A stretch of 64,000 nucleotides of DNA from an uncultured Comamonadaceae bacterium (GCA_964511405.1 CAZEFK010000002.1:14172-78171), one strand, 5' to 3'. Shown: positions 47,228 to 56,995, numbered from the stretch's first letter. Notes: a model not told the origin generated them from the sequence alone. Numbers and translations are program-made.

Positions 47228-47932
47228 GTGAGCGTGCGGATGCGATCGACGATTGGGTGCGCGCTGGCCCTGCTGCCGCTGCTCCTGGTCGGGGCCTGCG
47301 CCGACCTGCACGAGAACCTCGACCGCGGCGTCGCCGTGGTGACGGGCGCGCCGCCGGCCGACCAGGCCTATGTGGTCGTCGGCGTGGCCGTGAAGAAACC
47401 GCTCACCAAGCTGTTGGTGTCGACCTATGACGTCTCGCTGGGCTGGATCGGCTACGACCCGGCCACCCAGCGCCGCCGGTCGGGCGATGCGGCCACGGCG
47501 CCCTGGACCGTGGTGCGCTGCACCGCCCTGACCGTGAACTGCTCGGGCCAGCCGAACTACAGCGTCCTGGCGGTGCCGCCCGGCGACTATGCGCTGGCCT
47601 GGATCGACAGCGGCGACCGCGAATGGCTGTTCGCCGACTTCGCGAACCACCGCACCGCACGCTCCGGCGACACCACCTATCCCGTGGTGCTGTCGGCCGA
47701 CGCCACGGTCCGCCCGCACGGCATGCGCTTCACGGTGCATCCGGGCGAGGCGGTCTATGTCGGCGACGTCGCCTTCGACCTGCAGGCCGCCGAGGGCGGC
47801 GCCCTGGCGCTCGACCGCGGCGAGACCAACGATGCGGCCCGGGCGGCGCTGGCCGATCACGGCATCAAGGCGCCGCTGGTGGTCCGCCCCTGGCGCGACG
47901 GCGACGGTGGACCGGCCATGGCGGCCCGCTGA
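47228..47932 (+). CDS. Hypothetical lipoprotein
   Basis: Signal plus lipobox ALALLPLLLVGAC. No family recognised. Start is GTG at 47228 or ATG at 47240. Confidence 0.6.
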   Translation: MSVRMRSTIGCALALLPLLLVGACADLHENLDRGVAVVTGAPPADQAYVVVGVAVKKPLTKLLVSTYDVSLGWIGYDPATQRRRSGDAATAPWTVVRCTALTVNCSGQPNYSVLAVPPGDYALAWIDSGDREWLFADFANHRTARSGDTTYPVVLSADATVRPHGMRFTVHPGEAVYVGDVAFDLQAAEGGALALDRGETNDAARAALADHGIKAPLVVRPWRDGDGGPAMAAR

Positions 47933-48018
47933 GCGCAGCGGCAGCTTCGCGCTCCCAGAGATATTCGTATTGGAAGACGAGCCCGGGCTGCGGCTCGGGT
48001 CTCGCCATGGCGATGCGA

Positions 48019-48279
48019 TCAGTCGGTGTCGAGCAGGGAATTGAGTGCGAACAGCTCGGGATCGTCGATCGGCTTGCGGAGCTCGGCCACGAGCTCGGGC
48101 GGCAGGTCCACCATCTTGATCGCCTGACGCTGCTGCGTCCGAATCCAGGCATACTCCCGCCCAGACACCACGATCAGGTCCTCGCCCCGGTCCATGGCAA
48201 TGGCTACGGGGCCAAGCTCGGCGGCCGCAGCCACGTCCTCGATATGAGCCTGCAAGTCGGACTGGGTAAAGCGTTCCAT
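48019..48279 (-). CDS. Phd/YefM-like type II antitoxin, no adjacent toxin gene
   Basis: 86 aa from the ATG at 48279 (GAGG RBS). MERFTQSDLQAHIEDVAAAAELGPVAIAMDRGEDLIVVSGREYAWI resembles the Phd/YefM N-terminal fold by eye. Confidence 0.5.
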   Translation of the reverse strand: MERFTQSDLQAHIEDVAAAAELGPVAIAMDRGEDLIVVSGREYAWIRTQQRQAIKMVDLPPELVAELRKPIDDPELFALNSLLDTD

Positions 48280-48354
48280 AACCTCATCTCCGCATACCGA
48301 AGATAGGGCTGCCCCGGCCGCCGGGCAAGGCAAGCACGCTCCAGGTCAAGCCTG

Positions 48355-49812
48355 CTAGAGATACGGCAGCATCAGCCGCGCCGCCGCGTCCCGAACCCGT
48401 ATCGCGAACGGCCGGGCCTCGAGCTCGGCCGGCGGCACTGGCCGCGCCCGCTTGGCATCGATCACCGCCTCGATCTCGGTGGCGAAGGCCGGGTCGTAGA
48501 CTTCGACGTTCAGCTCGAAGTTCAGACGGAAGCTGCGGATGTCCCAGTTGGCGCTGCCGACCGTCGACCACAGCCCGTCGATGGCCATGAGCTTCGAGTG
48601 GTCGAAGGGCGGCGCCGAATACCACAGCCGGCAGCCGGCGGCGAGCAGCGGCGGCAGATGCGCCCGGGTCGCCCAGTCCACAGGGCGCATGTTGCTGCGC
48701 TCCGGCAGCACGAGGTCGACCGCGACGCCGCGCTGGGCGGCCAGCTCCAGGGCGCTCGACAGCCGGTCGTCGGGCAGGAAGTAGGGTGTCGCGATCCGGA
48801 TCGACCGGCGGGCGGTGCCAACCGCGGTCAGCAGCACGAACTCCAGCTTGTCCAGGTCCTCGTCGGGGCCCGAGGTGATGGTGCGGACGGTGGCCGGGCC
48901 GTCGGGCTCGATGGCCGGGACCCACGTGGCGCCGCCCAGCGCATCGTTGGTGGCGAACAGCCAGTCCTCGGCGAAGGCCTCGACCAGCTGGTCGACCACC
49001 GGGCCTTCGATGCGGAAATGGGTGTCGCGCACCGGATGCGGCGGCTTGGCGGCCGCCAGGTTCTCGGCCCCGATGTTGAGGCCGCCGGTGAACGCGACGG
49101 CGCCGTCGACCACCAGGATCTTCTTGTGGGTGCGCATGTTCAGGAACGGCATGCGCCAGGGCACCAGCGAATGCAGGAAGCGCGCCGTCGGCACGCCGGC
49201 GCGGCGCAGCGCGCGGTGGGTCGGCGACACCAGATAGCCGCCGCCGAAGCCGTCGATCAGCACCCGGACCTCGACGCCGCGGCGATGGGCGTCGATCAGG
49301 GCGTCGATGAACGGCCGGCCGGCCGCATCGTCGCGGAAGATGTAGCTCATCAGGCCGATGCTGCTGCGCGCCTCCTGGATCGCCGCCAGCATCGCGGGAT
49401 AGGCCTGGTCGCCGCTGTCGAGCAGCGCGATCCGGTTGCCGGGCACCGCGGCGCGGCCGGTGATGTGGCCCGCCGCCACATAGAGCGCCGCGAGCTGTCC
49501 GGCTGCCCAGTCGGTCTCCGGGCCCGGGCGGTGGCGGCGCAGGCTGAGCGACGGGCGGTCGAGCTCGCGCGCGCGCCGGCGCACCCGGTTGATGCCGAAG
49601 GCCAGGTACAGCACGCTGCCGATCATCGGCGACAGCCAGGCCAGCCCGATCCAGCCGAAGGCGCCGCGCACGTCGCGCTTGCTGAGCAGCGCATGCAGGG
49701 TCACCGCCACCGCCGCCGCCAGGTGCAGCAGGCTGACCGCCACGGTGTCGAAGCTCGGCGCATCGGTGTGGTCCATGGCCTGGGATCCTGCGCCCACCGG
49801 TGCGGGCGTCAC
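48355..49812 (-). CDS. cls: Cardiolipin synthase (PLD superfamily, two HKD motifs)
   Basis: N-terminal TM helices. HKD motifs HKKILVVDG and HSKLMAIDG. Alternative start at 49776 (MDHTDAP). Confidence 0.85.
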   Translation of the reverse strand: MTPAPVGAGSQAMDHTDAPSFDTVAVSLLHLAAAVAVTLHALLSKRDVRGAFGWIGLAWLSPMIGSVLYLAFGINRVRRRARELDRPSLSLRRHRPGPETDWAAGQLAALYVAAGHITGRAAVPGNRIALLDSGDQAYPAMLAAIQEARSSIGLMSYIFRDDAAGRPFIDALIDAHRRGVEVRVLIDGFGGGYLVSPTHRALRRAGVPTARFLHSLVPWRMPFLNMRTHKKILVVDGAVAFTGGLNIGAENLAAAKPPHPVRDTHFRIEGPVVDQLVEAFAEDWLFATNDALGGATWVPAIEPDGPATVRTITSGPDEDLDKLEFVLLTAVGTARRSIRIATPYFLPDDRLSSALELAAQRGVAVDLVLPERSNMRPVDWATRAHLPPLLAAGCRLWYSAPPFDHSKLMAIDGLWSTVGSANWDIRSFRLNFELNVEVYDPAFATEIEAVIDAKRARPVPPAELEARPFAIRVRDAAARLMLPYL

Positions 49813-49834
49813 AGGCTTGCTCTATCCTGTGCGC

Positions 49835-51265
49835 ATGTTCCTCGACAATGCCCTGATCCTGATCGGTTCGGAGTTCCGGGCCGGCGGTGTCCTGATCGAC
49901 GGCGGCCGGATCGCCGCCCTGGCCTGGGCCGACGACGAGCGGGCGGCCCTGCGCGCCCGCGGCGACTGGCTCGACGCCGGCGGCGACCTGCTGCTGCCCG
50001 GCCTGGTCGACGCCCATTGCCACAGCTACGCCACGGTGCTGCGCGGCACCGAGAACAGCCTGCCGCTGGAGCTGTGGGCACTGTGGACGATGGGCTACGG
50101 CCGAGTGCTTGATGCCGCCGCCATCCACGCCGCGACGCTGCTGACCGCGGCCGAGATGATCCGCGGCGGCATCACCGCCGTCATCGACCATTTCCCCCAT
50201 GTCCGCCATGCCGCAGCGGCGCTGGCGGCGCACGAGCAGTCGGGCCTGCGGGTCGGCTTCGCGCCCTTCATTCAAGACGTGCCGGACCACCGCATTCTGG
50301 GCATCGACGTCCCCGACGACCTGCGCCAGGCCATCGAGGGGCAGCCGCCCGCGTCGGCCGCGGCGGTCGAGGCTCAGATCCAGGACATCACGACGGCCGC
50401 GCGCGCCGGCTCCGGCCGAGTCATCCCGATGCTCGGGCCGAACGCGCCCCAGCGCTGCTCGCCCGAGCGCATCGCGCTGTGGCGGCGGCTGCGCGACCGC
50501 CTGGCGCTGCCGGTCCACACCCACCTGCTGGAGACCGCCGCTCAGGCCCGCGCCTGCCGCGCCGCGTGGCCCGGCGGGCTGGTCGGCGAGATGTACCGGC
50601 AGGGGCTGCTGGGGCCGGGCCTGTCCTGCGCCCACGGCATCTGGCTGACGCCAGACGAGCGGCGCCTGCTGACCCGTCACGGCGTGACCGTGGTCCACAA
50701 CCCGGCCAGCAATCTGATGCTGGGCAGCGGCGCCCTGCCGCTGGCGGAGTACCGGGCCCTGGGCACGCCGCTGGCGCTCGGCACCGATTCGTCGAACACC
50801 GGCGGCCGCCACGACCTGTTCGAGGCCATGCGCCTGGCGATCATGCTGCCGCGCCTGGCCGAGCGCGACTATCGCCGCTGGCCCGGGCCCGAGGTCGCGT
50901 TCGAGATGGCGACCGGCGGCGGCGCCCGGGCCCTGGGGCTGGCAGGGCAGCTGGGCCGGATCGAGCCGGGCTGGCTGGCCGACCTGGTGCTGCTGCGCCG
51001 CGGCCCCGGCCTGGCGGCATGGACGCCTGATCTGGCCGCCCTGGTCCAGCATGCCGGCCCCGAGGCCGTGCGCAGCGTCATGGTCGACGGCCGCTGGCTG
51101 CTCCAGGACGGCCGCATGCTGGCCATCGACGAGGCGGCGCTGGCGGCCGAGGTCAATGCGCTGCGCGCGCGGCTGGCCGAGGCGGCGGCGCGCGAGACAG
51201 CGCTGGCGGAAGCCGCGCTGCCCAGCTTCGCCGCCTGGTACCACGCCCAGCCGCCGCTCGATTGA
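49835..51265 (+). CDS. Amidohydrolase family protein (TRZ/ATZ / nucleobase-deaminase-like)
   Basis: 476 aa from the ATG at 49835. Metal motif LLLPGLVDAHCHS. The upstream part of the track ORF overlaps cls antisense and is artefact. Confidence 0.8.
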   Translation: MFLDNALILIGSEFRAGGVLIDGGRIAALAWADDERAALRARGDWLDAGGDLLLPGLVDAHCHSYATVLRGTENSLPLELWALWTMGYGRVLDAAAIHAATLLTAAEMIRGGITAVIDHFPHVRHAAAALAAHEQSGLRVGFAPFIQDVPDHRILGIDVPDDLRQAIEGQPPASAAAVEAQIQDITTAARAGSGRVIPMLGPNAPQRCSPERIALWRRLRDRLALPVHTHLLETAAQARACRAAWPGGLVGEMYRQGLLGPGLSCAHGIWLTPDERRLLTRHGVTVVHNPASNLMLGSGALPLAEYRALGTPLALGTDSSNTGGRHDLFEAMRLAIMLPRLAERDYRRWPGPEVAFEMATGGGARALGLAGQLGRIEPGWLADLVLLRRGPGLAAWTPDLAALVQHAGPEAVRSVMVDGRWLLQDGRMLAIDEAALAAEVNALRARLAEAAARETALAEAALPSFAAWYHAQPPLD

Positions 51266-51297
51266 CAGCCGGGCTGCGATCGCCCAAGGGTGCCGCC

Positions 51298-51930
51298 ATG
51301 ACCGTTTCAGCCTTGCTCGACCTCGACGCGCTGGCCGCAGCGCCGGTGGCGACCGAGCCCTTCTCCTATGTCTACGTGCCGCGCTTCGTGGCGGCCGGCG
51401 CGCTCGGCGCCATCCACCGCGACTTTCCGCGGGTGCGCCAGGCCGGCAGCTTCCCGGTCGACGGCCTGGACCACGGCCCCGCCTTCGGCCGGCTGATCGA
51501 GGCCCTGCGCGGCCCGGCCCTGCACCGGGCGGTGGCCCGCGCCTTCGGCATGGACCTCGACCCCGCAGCTCTGCTGGTGACCGTGCGCGGCCTGATCGGC
51601 GGGCGCGACGGCAACATCCACACCGACAGCGAGACCAAGCTGGTGACCATGCTGGTCTACCTGAACCTGGCCTGGGACCATACCGGCGGCCGGCTGCGGC
51701 TGCTGCGCAGCGCCACCGATCTCGAGGACTATGTGCTGGAGATCCCGCCGGTCGACGGCAACATGGTGATGTTCCGGCGCAGCGACCGCTCGTTCCACGG
51801 CCACCACCAAGCCCACGAGCCGCGGTTCCTGATCCAGGTCAACTGGATGACCAGCGTCGAGGCGCGCGACCGCGAGCTCAAGCGCCACGGCCGCAGCGCC
51901 TGGCTGAAGCGGCTGGTCACGTTCGGGTAG
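51298..51930 (+). CDS. 2OG-Fe(II) oxygenase family protein (prolyl-4-hydroxylase-like)
   Basis: 210 aa. Facial-triad candidates IHTDSE and SFHGH. RLRLL...GNMVMFRRSDRSFHG is typical of the family. Confidence 0.7.
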   Translation: MTVSALLDLDALAAAPVATEPFSYVYVPRFVAAGALGAIHRDFPRVRQAGSFPVDGLDHGPAFGRLIEALRGPALHRAVARAFGMDLDPAALLVTVRGLIGGRDGNIHTDSETKLVTMLVYLNLAWDHTGGRLRLLRSATDLEDYVLEIPPVDGNMVMFRRSDRSFHGHHQAHEPRFLIQVNWMTSVEARDRELKRHGRSAWLKRLVTFG

Positions 51931-53863
51931 CGCGGTCCCGGGCGGCCCGCAGCGCCGCCTCGAACCGGCCGGCGAAGCCGGGCCCGTCACACAGCGGCGA
52001 GGCCGCCATGCGACCGCGCAGCGTCGCGCGCAATCGGGACCGCCGCGCCGAATCCCGCGCCAGGTCCGCCGCGATCGCCACGTAGCCGGCGACGCTGTCC
52101 GCGACCAGCTCGCCCAGCCCGACCTGCGCCAGCAGGCTGGCCCCGACCCGCGCGGCATGGCGGTCGCCGGCCAGGGTCACGACCGGCACGCCCATCCACA
52201 GCGCCTCGCAGGTCGTGGTCGTGCCGTTATAGGGGAACGGGTCGAGCGCGATGTCGACCCGGCCATAGAGCGCCAGATGCTCGCGATGCGATGCGGCCCA
52301 CCCGACCAGCTCGACGCGGTCCGCAGCGACATCAAGCGCGGCGAGGCGCGCCAGCAGGGCGCCGCGCACGCCGGGATCGACCAGCGAGCGCGACTTCAGC
52401 AGCAGCCGCGAGCCCGGAACCACGGCCAGCAGCCGCCCCCAGGCCGCGAGCGTCGGCTCGCTCAGCTTGGGCAGCAGGTTGAAGCTGCCGAAGGTGATCG
52501 TGCCGGCCGGCGGCAGGGCCGGCGCCGGGGCGTCGGCCGGCGGCTGCCAGCACAGGAAGCCCTGGGGCAGGCGCAGCAGCTCTTCGGCGTGGTGGGCCTC
52601 GGCCCCCAGCGGATCGGCGACGGCGTCCGTGAGGCGCCAGTCGACCGCGGACAGGCCGGTGGTGCCGGGATGGCCGAGCCAGGTCATCTGGACCGGTGCG
52701 GGCCGCCGGGCCAGGGCCAGCAGGCGGTTGCTCGCCGTGTGGCCGGCAAGGTCGATGGCAATGTCGACGCCTTCGGCCGCGATCAGCGCGGCGACCTGGG
52801 CGTCATCCAGCCCCTGGGCGTCGTGCCAACGGTCGGCCAGGGCGCGCAGCCGCGCCGTGACCGAGTCCTGCGGACCAGTGGCGATCGCCACGATCTCGAC
52901 GGCGCTGCGGTCGTGGTGGCGCCACAGCGGTTCGACGAAGGCGGCCACCGGGTGCTGGCACAGGTCGCCCGACAGATAGGCGACCCGCATCCGCCCCCGG
53001 CTCGGCCGCGACGTCCGCGCCATCGGCGCGAGGCCCTGGGCGCAAGCGGTCTCGAAGGCCCGGGCGGCGTCCAGAATGGCGGCACCGTCGACCTCGGGCA
53101 GGTAATGCAGGGTGAAGGCGAGACCGCTGCGCAGGACTGGCGCGGCCGGATCGGCGGCGATCGCGCGGCGGTAGGCCGCCGCCGCGGCCCCGGCGGCGCC
53201 ATGCATCAGCTCGGCCGTGGCGAGCGCGCTCCAGCCGAACGCCAAGTCGGGCCGGCGCGCGACGGCGTCGGCCAGGATCGGCCGGGCCTCGCTCCAGCGG
53301 TCCAGCGCATTGAGCGCGCGGCCGAGGCCGACGCTCAGGCTGCCGTCGCCGGGCGCCAGGGCCAGCCCCGCCTGGTAGTGCGCCAGCGCCTCCGCCGGAC
53401 GGTCCGCCAGCCGGTGGAGCTCGGCCAGCTCCAACCGGGCCGCTGATTCGGTCGGCGCCGCGTCGACCGCGGCAACCAGGACCGGCAGCGCCTCCGCCGG
53501 GCGCCCGATCGAGGCCAGCAGCCGCCCCAGGCCCAGCAGCGCCAGGGCATGGCCCGGCTCGCGCGCGAGCACCGCGCGGAAGCACGCCTCGGCCTCGGCC
53601 GGCCGCTGCAGCTGGCGCAGGGCCACCGCCAGGTTGACCGCGGCCGCCGACAGATCGGGCGCCAGATCCAGAGCGGCGCGATAGGCGGTCTCGGCAGCGG
53701 CGGCGTCGCCCAGCAGCTGGCAGGTGACACCCAGCGCATAGGGGTAATGCGGTTCGGCCGGCGCCGCCGCCGCTGCCGCCGCCAGATGGCGGCGGCACGC
53801 CACGAGGTCGCCGGCGGCGCGCGCCGCAAGCGCCGACTGGTAGAGGGACTGGGCCGGATCCAT
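51917..53863 (-). CDS. TPR-repeat protein with C-terminal O-GlcNAc-transferase-like (GT41/SPY-like) domain
   Basis: 648 aa. N-terminal half is repeated Ala-rich TPR units. C-terminal RVAYLSGDLCQHPVAAF...MTWLGHPGTTG...FGSFNLLPKL...DPFPYNGTTTTCEALWMGVPVVT matches GT41. Confidence 0.8.
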   Translation of the reverse strand: MDPAQSLYQSALAARAAGDLVACRRHLAAAAAAAPAEPHYPYALGVTCQLLGDAAAAETAYRAALDLAPDLSAAAVNLAVALRQLQRPAEAEACFRAVLAREPGHALALLGLGRLLASIGRPAEALPVLVAAVDAAPTESAARLELAELHRLADRPAEALAHYQAGLALAPGDGSLSVGLGRALNALDRWSEARPILADAVARRPDLAFGWSALATAELMHGAAGAAAAAYRRAIAADPAAPVLRSGLAFTLHYLPEVDGAAILDAARAFETACAQGLAPMARTSRPSRGRMRVAYLSGDLCQHPVAAFVEPLWRHHDRSAVEIVAIATGPQDSVTARLRALADRWHDAQGLDDAQVAALIAAEGVDIAIDLAGHTASNRLLALARRPAPVQMTWLGHPGTTGLSAVDWRLTDAVADPLGAEAHHAEELLRLPQGFLCWQPPADAPAPALPPAGTITFGSFNLLPKLSEPTLAAWGRLLAVVPGSRLLLKSRSLVDPGVRGALLARLAALDVAADRVELVGWAASHREHLALYGRVDIALDPFPYNGTTTTCEALWMGVPVVTLAGDRHAARVGASLLAQVGLGELVADSVAGYVAIAADLARDSARRSRLRATLRGRMAASPLCDGPGFAGRFEAALRAARDRATRT

Positions 53864-53925
53864 TGCGGCACTGTAGCCGGCCGGGGAGTTGCCGCCAGCC
53901 GCTGCCGTTGTCCCATCAGACCACG

Positions 53926-54735
53926 ATGGAGCGCATCGTCATGGACCTGACCGGCCAGGCTGCAATCGTGACCGGCGCCAGCTCCGGCATCGGGCTGGCG
54001 GTGGCCCGGGCGCTGGCGGCGGCCGGCGCCGCCGTGGCGGTGAACTTCCACAGCCATGGCGAGGCCGCCGAGCAGCTGGCCCGGGAGATCCGCGCCGGCG
54101 GCGGCCAGGCCCAGGCGATCGGGGCCGACGTGGCCGAGGAAGACCAGGTGGCCCGGCTGTTCGCGGCGGCGATCGACCGGTTCGGCACCATCGACATCCT
54201 GGTCGCCAATTCCGGCCTGCAGCGCGACGGGTCGGTTGCCGACCTGTCGCTGGCCGACTGGAACCGCGTCCTGGCGGTCAACCTGACCGGCCAGTTCCTG
54301 TGCGCCCAGGCCGCCGTGCGCGAATTCCGACGCCGCGGACCGCGGCCGGTCTCCAAGGCGCTCGGCAAGATCATCTGCATGAGCTCGGTGCATCAGGTGA
54401 TTCCCTGGGCCGGGCATGTCAACTACGCGGCGTCCAAGGGCGGCGTGAAGCTGATGATGGAAACCCTGGCGCAGGAGCTGGCGCCCGAGCGGATCCGGGT
54501 CAACGCCCTGGCGCCGGGCGCCATCCGCACGCCGATCAACCGCGCCGCCTGGTCGACGCCCGAGGCCGAGCACGCCTTACTCACGCTGGTTCCCTATGGC
54601 CGCATCGGCGAGCCCGACGATGTCGGCCGCGCCGCGGCATGGCTGGCGTCGGACGACTCCGACTATGTGGTCGGCACGACCCTGGTGATCGACGGCGGCA
54701 TGTGCCTCTATCCGGCCTTCGCCGACAACGGTTAG
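53926..54735 (+). CDS. SDR family oxidoreductase
   Basis: TGASSGIG cofactor motif and YAASKGG catalytic motif. Alternative start at 53941. Confidence 0.9.
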   Translation: MERIVMDLTGQAAIVTGASSGIGLAVARALAAAGAAVAVNFHSHGEAAEQLAREIRAGGGQAQAIGADVAEEDQVARLFAAAIDRFGTIDILVANSGLQRDGSVADLSLADWNRVLAVNLTGQFLCAQAAVREFRRRGPRPVSKALGKIICMSSVHQVIPWAGHVNYAASKGGVKLMMETLAQELAPERIRVNALAPGAIRTPINRAAWSTPEAEHALLTLVPYGRIGEPDDVGRAAAWLASDDSDYVVGTTLVIDGGMCLYPAFADNG

Positions 54736-54760
54736 CGTAGCGGCTCCCGGAGGAGCCGCC

Positions 54761-55603
54761 ATGCCGCAGCACATCGCCTGCCTGACCTTCGACTTCGACG
54801 CCGTGTCGCCCTTCATCGCCCGCGGCATGGCCACGCCGACGCCCCTGTCGCGCGGCGAGTTCGGTCCCGACGTGGCCGCACCCCGGATCCTCAAGCTGCT
54901 GGCTCGTTACAACATCGAATCGACCTGGTTCGTGCCCGGGCACACCATCGAGAGTTTCCCGGGCGCGGCCGAAGCCGTGGTCGCCGGTGGCCACGAGGTC
55001 GCCCATCATGGCTGGACCCATCGCGTGCCGGCTTCGCTCGGCCGCGAGGAGGAAGAAGCCGAGCTGGTGCGGGGCAACGATGCCATCCGCCGGCTGACCG
55101 GCAGCCCCGCGCGCGGCTATCGCTCGCCAGCCTGGGACCTGAGCCCGCACACCGTCGAGCTCCTGCTCAAGCACGGCTTCGCCTATGACAGCAGCCTGAT
55201 GGGCAACGACTACCAGCCCTACCGGGCGCGCCAGGGCGACCAGGCGCCCCTGGAGCAGCCCTTCGTGCGTGGATCCGAGACCCGGCTGTGGGAGATGCCC
55301 ATCAGCTGGTCGCTCGACGATTTCCCTCACTTCGAGTACTGGCGCACCCCGACCACCGTGAACCCCGGCCTGCAGAGCGCCGGCGGCGTGCTGCGCAACT
55401 TCCTGGACGACTTCCTGTACATGACCCGGACGACCGAGTGGGGCGTGCTGACCTACACCTTCCACCCGTTCGTGATCGGCCGTGGGCATCGGATGCTGAT
55501 GCTGGAGCGGCTGATCCTGGGGCTGCTGGAGATGGGCGCCGTCTTCCGCCGCCTGGACCAGGTCGTCGCCGAGCTGCCGGCGCGCTATCCCGCTGCCAGC
55601 TGA
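54761..55603 (+). CDS. Polysaccharide deacetylase family protein (NodB homology domain)
   Basis: 280 aa with GGAGGAG RBS. CLTFDFD, STWFVPG, HEVAHHGWTH motifs. Confidence 0.85.
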   Translation: MPQHIACLTFDFDAVSPFIARGMATPTPLSRGEFGPDVAAPRILKLLARYNIESTWFVPGHTIESFPGAAEAVVAGGHEVAHHGWTHRVPASLGREEEEAELVRGNDAIRRLTGSPARGYRSPAWDLSPHTVELLLKHGFAYDSSLMGNDYQPYRARQGDQAPLEQPFVRGSETRLWEMPISWSLDDFPHFEYWRTPTTVNPGLQSAGGVLRNFLDDFLYMTRTTEWGVLTYTFHPFVIGRGHRMLMLERLILGLLEMGAVFRRLDQVVAELPARYPAAS

Positions 55604-55917
55604 AGGGCGCTGATCAGGGCCCAGCCCAGCAACGCCACGGCGCCGGCCACCACCGCGCCTGTTACGGCCGGCTGGAACAGGCCGGCATGGACCCGAGGGG
55701 TCAGCGCCGTCCGCGCGGGATCGCCCCCCGTCCATGCCGCCCGCGATACCACCCGGGTCCGGACCCGTCCGTGCTGGGTCCATTCGATCCGGGCATGCGC
55801 GACCTGACCGTCGGCCAGCAGCCAGCGCGCGCCGCGCAGGGCATCTCCCATGCTGCCGTAGCGCGCGAACACGATCCCGTCACTGGCGAGAACTGTGTAT
55901 CCGCCGTCGTCTGCCAT
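55585..55917 (-). CDS. Hypothetical protein with a C-terminal TM helix (110 aa)
   Basis: ATG at 55917 with GGAGGGG RBS 4 nt upstream. C-terminal AVTGAVVAGAVALLGWALISAL. No family recognised. 3' end overlaps the deacetylase by 19 nt. Confidence 0.5.
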   Translation of the reverse strand: MADDGGYTVLASDGIVFARYGSMGDALRGARWLLADGQVAHARIEWTQHGRVRTRVVSRAAWTGGDPARTALTPRVHAGLFQPAVTGAVVAGAVALLGWALISALQLAAG

Positions 55918-55975
55918 CGATCCCCTCCGAATCGACGGCAGTGTCCAGCAGACAAATCGGACCAGCAAGCCCCGT

Positions 55976-56896
55976 TCAGGGGTGCGACCGGGCCGCGATC
56001 CGGCGGCAATGGTCCAGCGCAGCACCGATCAGGTTGTCGCTGGCCTCGGGCGTGCGGAACCCCGAATGCGCCGACAAGGTGACGTTGGGCACGCGGGTCA
56101 GCGGGTGCTCGGGCGGCAGCGGCTCGATCGCATACACATCAAGCCCGGCATGGCGCAGGTGGCCCGACTCCAGCGCCGCGATCATCGCCGCCTCGTCGAC
56201 CAGGGCGCCGCGCGCGGTGTTGACCAGGATGGCGCCCGGCCGCATGGCGGCAATCCGCTCGCGCGACAGGAACCCGCGGGTCTCGTCGGTCAGCAGCAGA
56301 TGGACTGACAGCACATGGCTGTCGGCCAGAAGCTGGTCGAGGCCGACGAAGGTCACGCCCGGATGGGACTTTGGCGTGTGGTTCCAAGCCAGCACGCGCA
56401 TCCCGATGCCGGCGGCCAGCCGCGCCAGCTCGACGGCGATGCCGCCGAAGCCCAGCAGCCCGAGGGTCTTGCCGGTGAGCTGCAGGCCCTCGGTGCGCGC
56501 CCAGGTGCCGGCGCGCATGGCGCGGTCCATGCCGGCGACGCCGCGCGCCGCCGCCCACATCAGCCCGAACGCGCACTCGGCGACGGCCGTGTCGCCATAG
56601 CCCTTGATGATGTGCACCGACACCCCGATGTCGGCCAGCTCCTCGGGGTTCATGTAGCTGCGCGGACCGGTGCCCAGGAACACGACATCGGTCAGCCCGG
56701 CAGAGCGGCGCGCGACATCGGTCGGCAAGTGGGTGTGGTCGATGATCGCCACGGGCGCGCCGTCCAGCGCCGCCGGGATCTCGTCGGACCGGAGGTCCGG
56801 ACGGCGGTTGATCCGCACGGGCGGATCGCCCGGCCGGGCCAGCCGCTCGGCGATGCCGCCCAAGGCCTCCGTCGCGTCCACGAACACTGCCCGCAT
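55976..56896 (-). CDS. D-isomer-specific 2-hydroxyacid dehydrogenase family protein
   Basis: 306 aa. NAD motif GLLGFGGIAVELARL, NTARGALVDE, and the catalytic His region SAHSG. Confidence 0.85.
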   Translation of the reverse strand: MRAVFVDATEALGGIAERLARPGDPPVRINRRPDLRSDEIPAALDGAPVAIIDHTHLPTDVARRSAGLTDVVFLGTGPRSYMNPEELADIGVSVHIIKGYGDTAVAECAFGLMWAAARGVAGMDRAMRAGTWARTEGLQLTGKTLGLLGFGGIAVELARLAAGIGMRVLAWNHTPKSHPGVTFVGLDQLLADSHVLSVHLLLTDETRGFLSRERIAAMRPGAILVNTARGALVDEAAMIAALESGHLRHAGLDVYAIEPLPPEHPLTRVPNVTLSAHSGFRTPEASDNLIGAALDHCRRIAARSHP

Positions 56897-56970
56897 CGCT
56901 GCCCTCTCCCGTCTTCTGGCCCCATCACCCGGCCTGGGCCATGATCTCGGAGTCCGGCCAGGCTGTGAAG

Positions 56971-56995
56971 CGGCAAGGCGGAACGTGCCTTGCCG
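56971..56995. repeat. Perfect 9-bp stem hairpin (CGGCAAGGC-ggaacgt-GCCTTGCCG) flanked by GTGAAG/TGAAGG
   Basis: Read from the sequence, within a 259-nt gap that has no credible CDS. Confidence 0.3.

Noticed and set aside
48355-49812. PLD-superfamily protein next to an antitoxin-like gene, considered as a possible nuclease-type defence gene
   Set aside because: N-terminal transmembrane helices, two HKD motifs and the overall length fit a bona fide cardiolipin synthase. Nothing else nearby looks defence-related.
48284-51244. 986-aa - strand ORF
   Set aside because: An alternate frame over cls and antisense to the amidohydrolase gene, with no recognisable domains.
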